From Candidatus Eiseniibacteriota bacterium (GTDB lineage Bacteria; Eisenbacteria; RBG-16-71-46), in assembly GCA_031364845.1 (NCBI GenBank), contig JANLWX010000198.1:1-30834 (forward strand): a stretch of DNA of 30,834 bases. Direction: 5' to 3'. The translations under genes and the position numbers were made by a program. This document shows positions 27,697-30,834 of this stretch, one piece after another. The notes beneath the pieces were generated by a model. That model saw only the letters and a program-made list of their open reading frames with translations. It was not told the DNA's origin and did no database searches. Each line of letters starts with the position of its first letter. The stretch's first letter is position 1.

Positions 27697-27840
27697 GATA
27701 GCCACCTCGGGTGAGTTCGTCGTGCGACGGCGCGGGAGGGTCGCCGCGATCCTAGACCGGACGATTCATGAACCGCCAGCGGGATGTGTTCGACGCCGTC
27801 CGCGCCAGTCCGTTACGGTGCACGCTCGGAGGATCTTCCT

Positions 27841-29667
27841 TTGAGCCGATCGAAACGCCCATCTGCGCCTGCGCGCGCCCCGATGCTCCGGACGCGTCCC
27901 GACTCTTCGGGGCGGACCTCTTCCGCAGGAGAGGGCTTCGGTGCGCCGGCGCCCGTGGATCCGACCGCGGCGACACGAGCAGCGATCGGTCTTGCATCCC
28001 TGCTGATCGTGCTGCTCGTCGCGCGCGCGGCCGTGATGTTCGTCCCTTCGATGGCGGCGTGGGGCATCAACATCCCGCGTTTCCTTTCGCCTGCCGCCGC
28101 GTGGCTGCCATGGGCGATCATGGCGATTGCGCTCGCGCCCGCGATCGCGCGCCGCGCACAACCCGCGATCGAGGCGGTCGGCAACGCGACCGCGCGCGGT
28201 CCGATCGCCCCGGCGTTGTGGATGGCACTCGCCGCCACGGTCGTGCTGCTGCTGCCCGACAACGCGTTCTTCACCGGCGATCTCCTGCTGCGCCGGCGCG
28301 CGATCGAAGAGGGCAAGCTGCCCGAGAACATCTTTCCGCAGGCGCTGCCGCTCGACGTGTTGATTCACTTCACGATCCCGCGCGAGCTGTTCCTGCGCGC
28401 AGGCTTCGTCGCCTCCGATACCGCGCGGCTGTGGGGCGCGCTGGATGCGGCGGCCCTCGCGGCCGCGGCGGTGGCGTTCACGAGAGCTTTGCGCTTTGCC
28501 GGTGCCGCGGCGTTCGCGGCGACCGCCGCGATCGTGTTCGGCGGCACGCTCGCGTTGTGCACCGGCTACGGCAAGAGCCTCGCCGAGCTCGCGGTACTCG
28601 CGGTGACGATCCCGGCGTTCGGCGCGCGCGTCGTGCGCGAGGATCGCGGTCATCTTCCGCTCGGCATTGCCGTGGCGCTCGCGATCGCGCTCCATCGATC
28701 GGGGCTCGTGTTCCTGCCGGCGGCCATCGCCGCGTGGACGCTCGGCGCGCGTGCGCATGGTTACTCGCGCCGCATGCTCGGCGGCCTCGCACTTCCGCTG
28801 CTCGCGAGCGCGATCGTGATCCCGCGCGTGATCACGCTGGTCCGTACCTACGATGTGGCGAAGAACGTGGTCGGCGTGAACGAGCTCGGCGGTCCGCGCG
28901 CGCTCGATCTCGTGAATGCGTTCGTTCTGATCGCTCCGCACGCGCTGTGCGTTCCTGTGCTGATCGCGGCGTTCGGCCGCTCGCTGCCGCGGCGCGCCGA
29001 AGTCGTTCCGCTCGCCGTACTCACGGTCACACTGTTGGTACTCGCGATCGTCGTCCATCCGCTGCAGGGCGTGGTGCGCGACTGGGACGTGATCGCGCCG
29101 TCGGGCGTGACGTTCGCGGTGATGGCCGCGTGGCTCGCGGGCGAGACATTGCGCGCCTCACCGCGTCACGCGTGGCTCGCGCTCGCGGTGGTACTCGCGG
29201 CGGCAGTGCCTTCGGTGCAGTGGCTCGTGCATCTGAACAATCCGCGCCTCGCGCTCGCGCGCGTCGAGGCGGTGCTGAGCGAGCCGCCGGCGCGCTCGGA
29301 TCTCGAACGCGCGCGATTGATCGACTGGATCGGCATCCGCAACGCGTGGCTCGACGACTGGAACGCGGCGGCCGTGGCGTTCGAGCGCTCGGCGGAGCTG
29401 CTGCCGACGCCGCGCGTGCTCGATCAGTGGGGCCGCGCCGAACTGCGCACCGGCGACTGGGAAGGCGCGCGGCGCGCCTACCGGCGCATGATCGAGCGCG
29501 ATCCCAAGAGCCTCACCGCGTGGCGTGGCTTTGCGACCGCGGTCACGCGCATGGATGCGCCCGACAGCGCGCGGCTCGCGGCCGAGAGCATCCTGCGAAT
29601 CGACCCCGCCGATCGCGATGCGAAGGCGATCCTCGAGTATCTCGACGGTCCCGCGGCCGCCGAGTAG
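27841..29667 (+). CDS. Polytopic membrane protein with C-terminal TPR-like domain (possible GT-C fold)
   Basis: GGAGG 8 nt before in-frame TTG 27841 (frame open from 27784); about 12 hydrophobic segments; TPR-like C-terminus (AAVAFERSAELLP, ARRAYRRMIERDP, ILRIDPAD). Confidence 0.75.
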   Translation: MSRSKRPSAPARAPMLRTRPDSSGRTSSAGEGFGAPAPVDPTAATRAAIGLASLLIVLLVARAAVMFVPSMAAWGINIPRFLSPAAAWLPWAIMAIALAPAIARRAQPAIEAVGNATARGPIAPALWMALAATVVLLLPDNAFFTGDLLLRRRAIEEGKLPENIFPQALPLDVLIHFTIPRELFLRAGFVASDTARLWGALDAAALAAAAVAFTRALRFAGAAAFAATAAIVFGGTLALCTGYGKSLAELAVLAVTIPAFGARVVREDRGHLPLGIAVALAIALHRSGLVFLPAAIAAWTLGARAHGYSRRMLGGLALPLLASAIVIPRVITLVRTYDVAKNVVGVNELGGPRALDLVNAFVLIAPHALCVPVLIAAFGRSLPRRAEVVPLAVLTVTLLVLAIVVHPLQGVVRDWDVIAPSGVTFAVMAAWLAGETLRASPRHAWLALAVVLAAAVPSVQWLVHLNNPRLALARVEAVLSEPPARSDLERARLIDWIGIRNAWLDDWNAAAVAFERSAELLPTPRVLDQWGRAELRTGDWEGARRAYRRMIERDPKSLTAWRGFATAVTRMDAPDSARLAAESILRIDPADRDAKAILEYLDGPAAAE

Positions 29668-29679
29668 TATCCGCATCCT

Positions 29680-30834
29680 ATGCGCAACCACCTGATCGGC
29701 TTCACTCGCCGGCCGCTCGCCGTACTGTTAGCCATCGTCCTCGCCCTGGTTTCATTCGAACGCTCTGCCATCGCCGGTCCGCTCGCGGGTTCCGCGGGCT
29801 CCGAAGTCCGCCCGCGTGAGCCGCTCGATGCCGGCCAGCTTCAGCTCGCGCTGCGCAAGCTGCGCGTGCTCGGCAGCGCGCTCTACATCGCGGCACATCC
29901 CGACGACGAGAACACGGCGTTCCTGTCGTATCTGTCGAGTGGCCGTCTGGTGCGCGCCGGATATCTGTCGCTCACACGCGGCGATGGCGGGCAGAACCTG
30001 ATCGGTGTGGAGACCGGCGAGCAGCTCGGTGTGATCCGCACGCAGGAACTGCTGGCGGCGCGCCGCATCGACGGGGCGGAGCAGTACTTCTCCCGCGCGC
30101 TGGACTTCGGATTCTCCAAGTCGCCCGACGAGACCATGCAGATCTGGGGACACGACGCGATCCTCGCGGACGTCGTGTGGGTGATCCGCAACTTCCGTCC
30201 CGATGTGATCGTCACGCGTTTCCCGATCGACGGCGCCGGTGGCCACGGCCATCACACCGCGTCCGCGCTGCTCGCCGAAGAGGCGTTCCGCGCGGCCGCC
30301 GACTCGACACGCTTCCCCGAACAGCTCGCGCACGTTTCGATCTGGCAGGCGCAACGCATTGACTGGAACGTGTTCCGCTTCGATGCCGCAAAGGCCGACA
30401 CCTCGGTGCCGCGCGTGACACACGATCTCGGCGAATACAACCCGCTGTTGGGGCGCGCCTACACGGAGATCGCGGGCGAGAGCCGCAGCCAGCACAAGAG
30501 CCAGGGCTTCGGTGCACCCGAGCGCCGCGGCTCGATCCCGAACGTGTTCGAGCTGCGCGCCGGCACATCCGCGCGATCCGACTTGTTCGAAGGCGTGGAC
30601 CTCACGTGGTCGCGCGTCCGCGGCGGTGCCGCGGTCGATCGCATTCTGGCTCGTGCCGAACGCGAGTTTCGGGCGGACGCTCCGGCGAAAGTGATTCCGA
30701 TACTGCTCGAGGCTCATGCCGCGATCGGGAAACTCGCGGCGACCGACAACGATCCGTGGATTGCGCTCAAGCGCCGCGAGATCGCCGAAGTGATCCGCTC
30801 GTGCGCGGGGCTGTGGCTCGAAGCGATCGCCGAG
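29680..30834 (+). CDS. PIG-L/LmbE family deacetylase, secreted long form (3' end runs off the window)
   Basis: Not in the ORF track; translated by hand: signal-like N-terminus, LYIAAHPDDEN, SLTRGDGGQNLIG, RTQELLAARRIDG, DFGFSK, FRPDVIVTRF, GHGHHTAS. Confidence 0.93.
   Translation, partial: MRNHLIGFTRRPLAVLLAIVLALVSFERSAIAGPLAGSAGSEVRPREPLDAGQLQLALRKLRVLGSALYIAAHPDDENTAFLSYLSSGRLVRAGYLSLTRGDGGQNLIGVETGEQLGVIRTQELLAARRIDGAEQYFSRALDFGFSKSPDETMQIWGHDAILADVVWVIRNFRPDVIVTRFPIDGAGGHGHHTASALLAEEAFRAAADSTRFPEQLAHVSIWQAQRIDWNVFRFDAAKADTSVPRVTHDLGEYNPLLGRAYTEIAGESRSQHKSQGFGAPERRGSIPNVFELRAGTSARSDLFEGVDLTWSRVRGGAAVDRILARAEREFRADAPAKVIPILLEAHAAIGKLAATDNDPWIALKRREIAEVIRSCAGLWLEAIAE

Noticed and set aside
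27768..29819. 683-aa Arg-rich plus-strand ORF
   Set aside because: Off-frame reading of the Ala/Leu-rich membrane protein gene; the composition is a frame artefact.
1..30834. Prophage, IS element, integron or tRNA integration site
   Set aside because: No integrase, transposase or phage gene, terminal repeats, attC-like array or tRNA fold was recognised.

Overview
A gene-dense, high-GC bacterial chromosome segment with about 27 protein-coding genes. I found no rRNA, tRNA, CRISPR array, integrase or transposase. Gene style (FlgD-Ig-tailed secreted protein, Ser/Thr kinases with TolB-like and TPR tails, secreted LmbE/PIG-L protein) suggests an FCB-related diderm such as Ca. Eisenbacteria or Gemmatimonadota; this is inference only. 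In order: partial recQ; CPBP protease plus solA-like oxidase; a divergent lipoprotein / six-repeat FG-GAP protein pair; a lipoprotein; a MATE transporter with an apparent +1 frameshift; yqhA; PNPOx-like, DUF1697 and hypothetical genes; two Ser/Thr kinases flanking an AIF-like flavoprotein; an orphan MacB-like permease; a cellulose-synthase-like GT2 plus CE4 deacetylase; an oppABC-DUF423-MATE-like operon without ATPases; a nucleotidyltransferase plus small partner (TA-like); a membrane/TPR protein; and a partial PIG-L deacetylase. The most notable observations are the minimal synthase-deacetylase polysaccharide module with a large insertion at the plant P-CR position, the recurring TANNNT boxes just upstream of start codons (likely leaderless mRNAs), the putative nucleotidyltransferase TA pair, and two intergenic palindromes sharing a 13-nt core. 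All family calls come from motifs recognised by eye, not from database searches.
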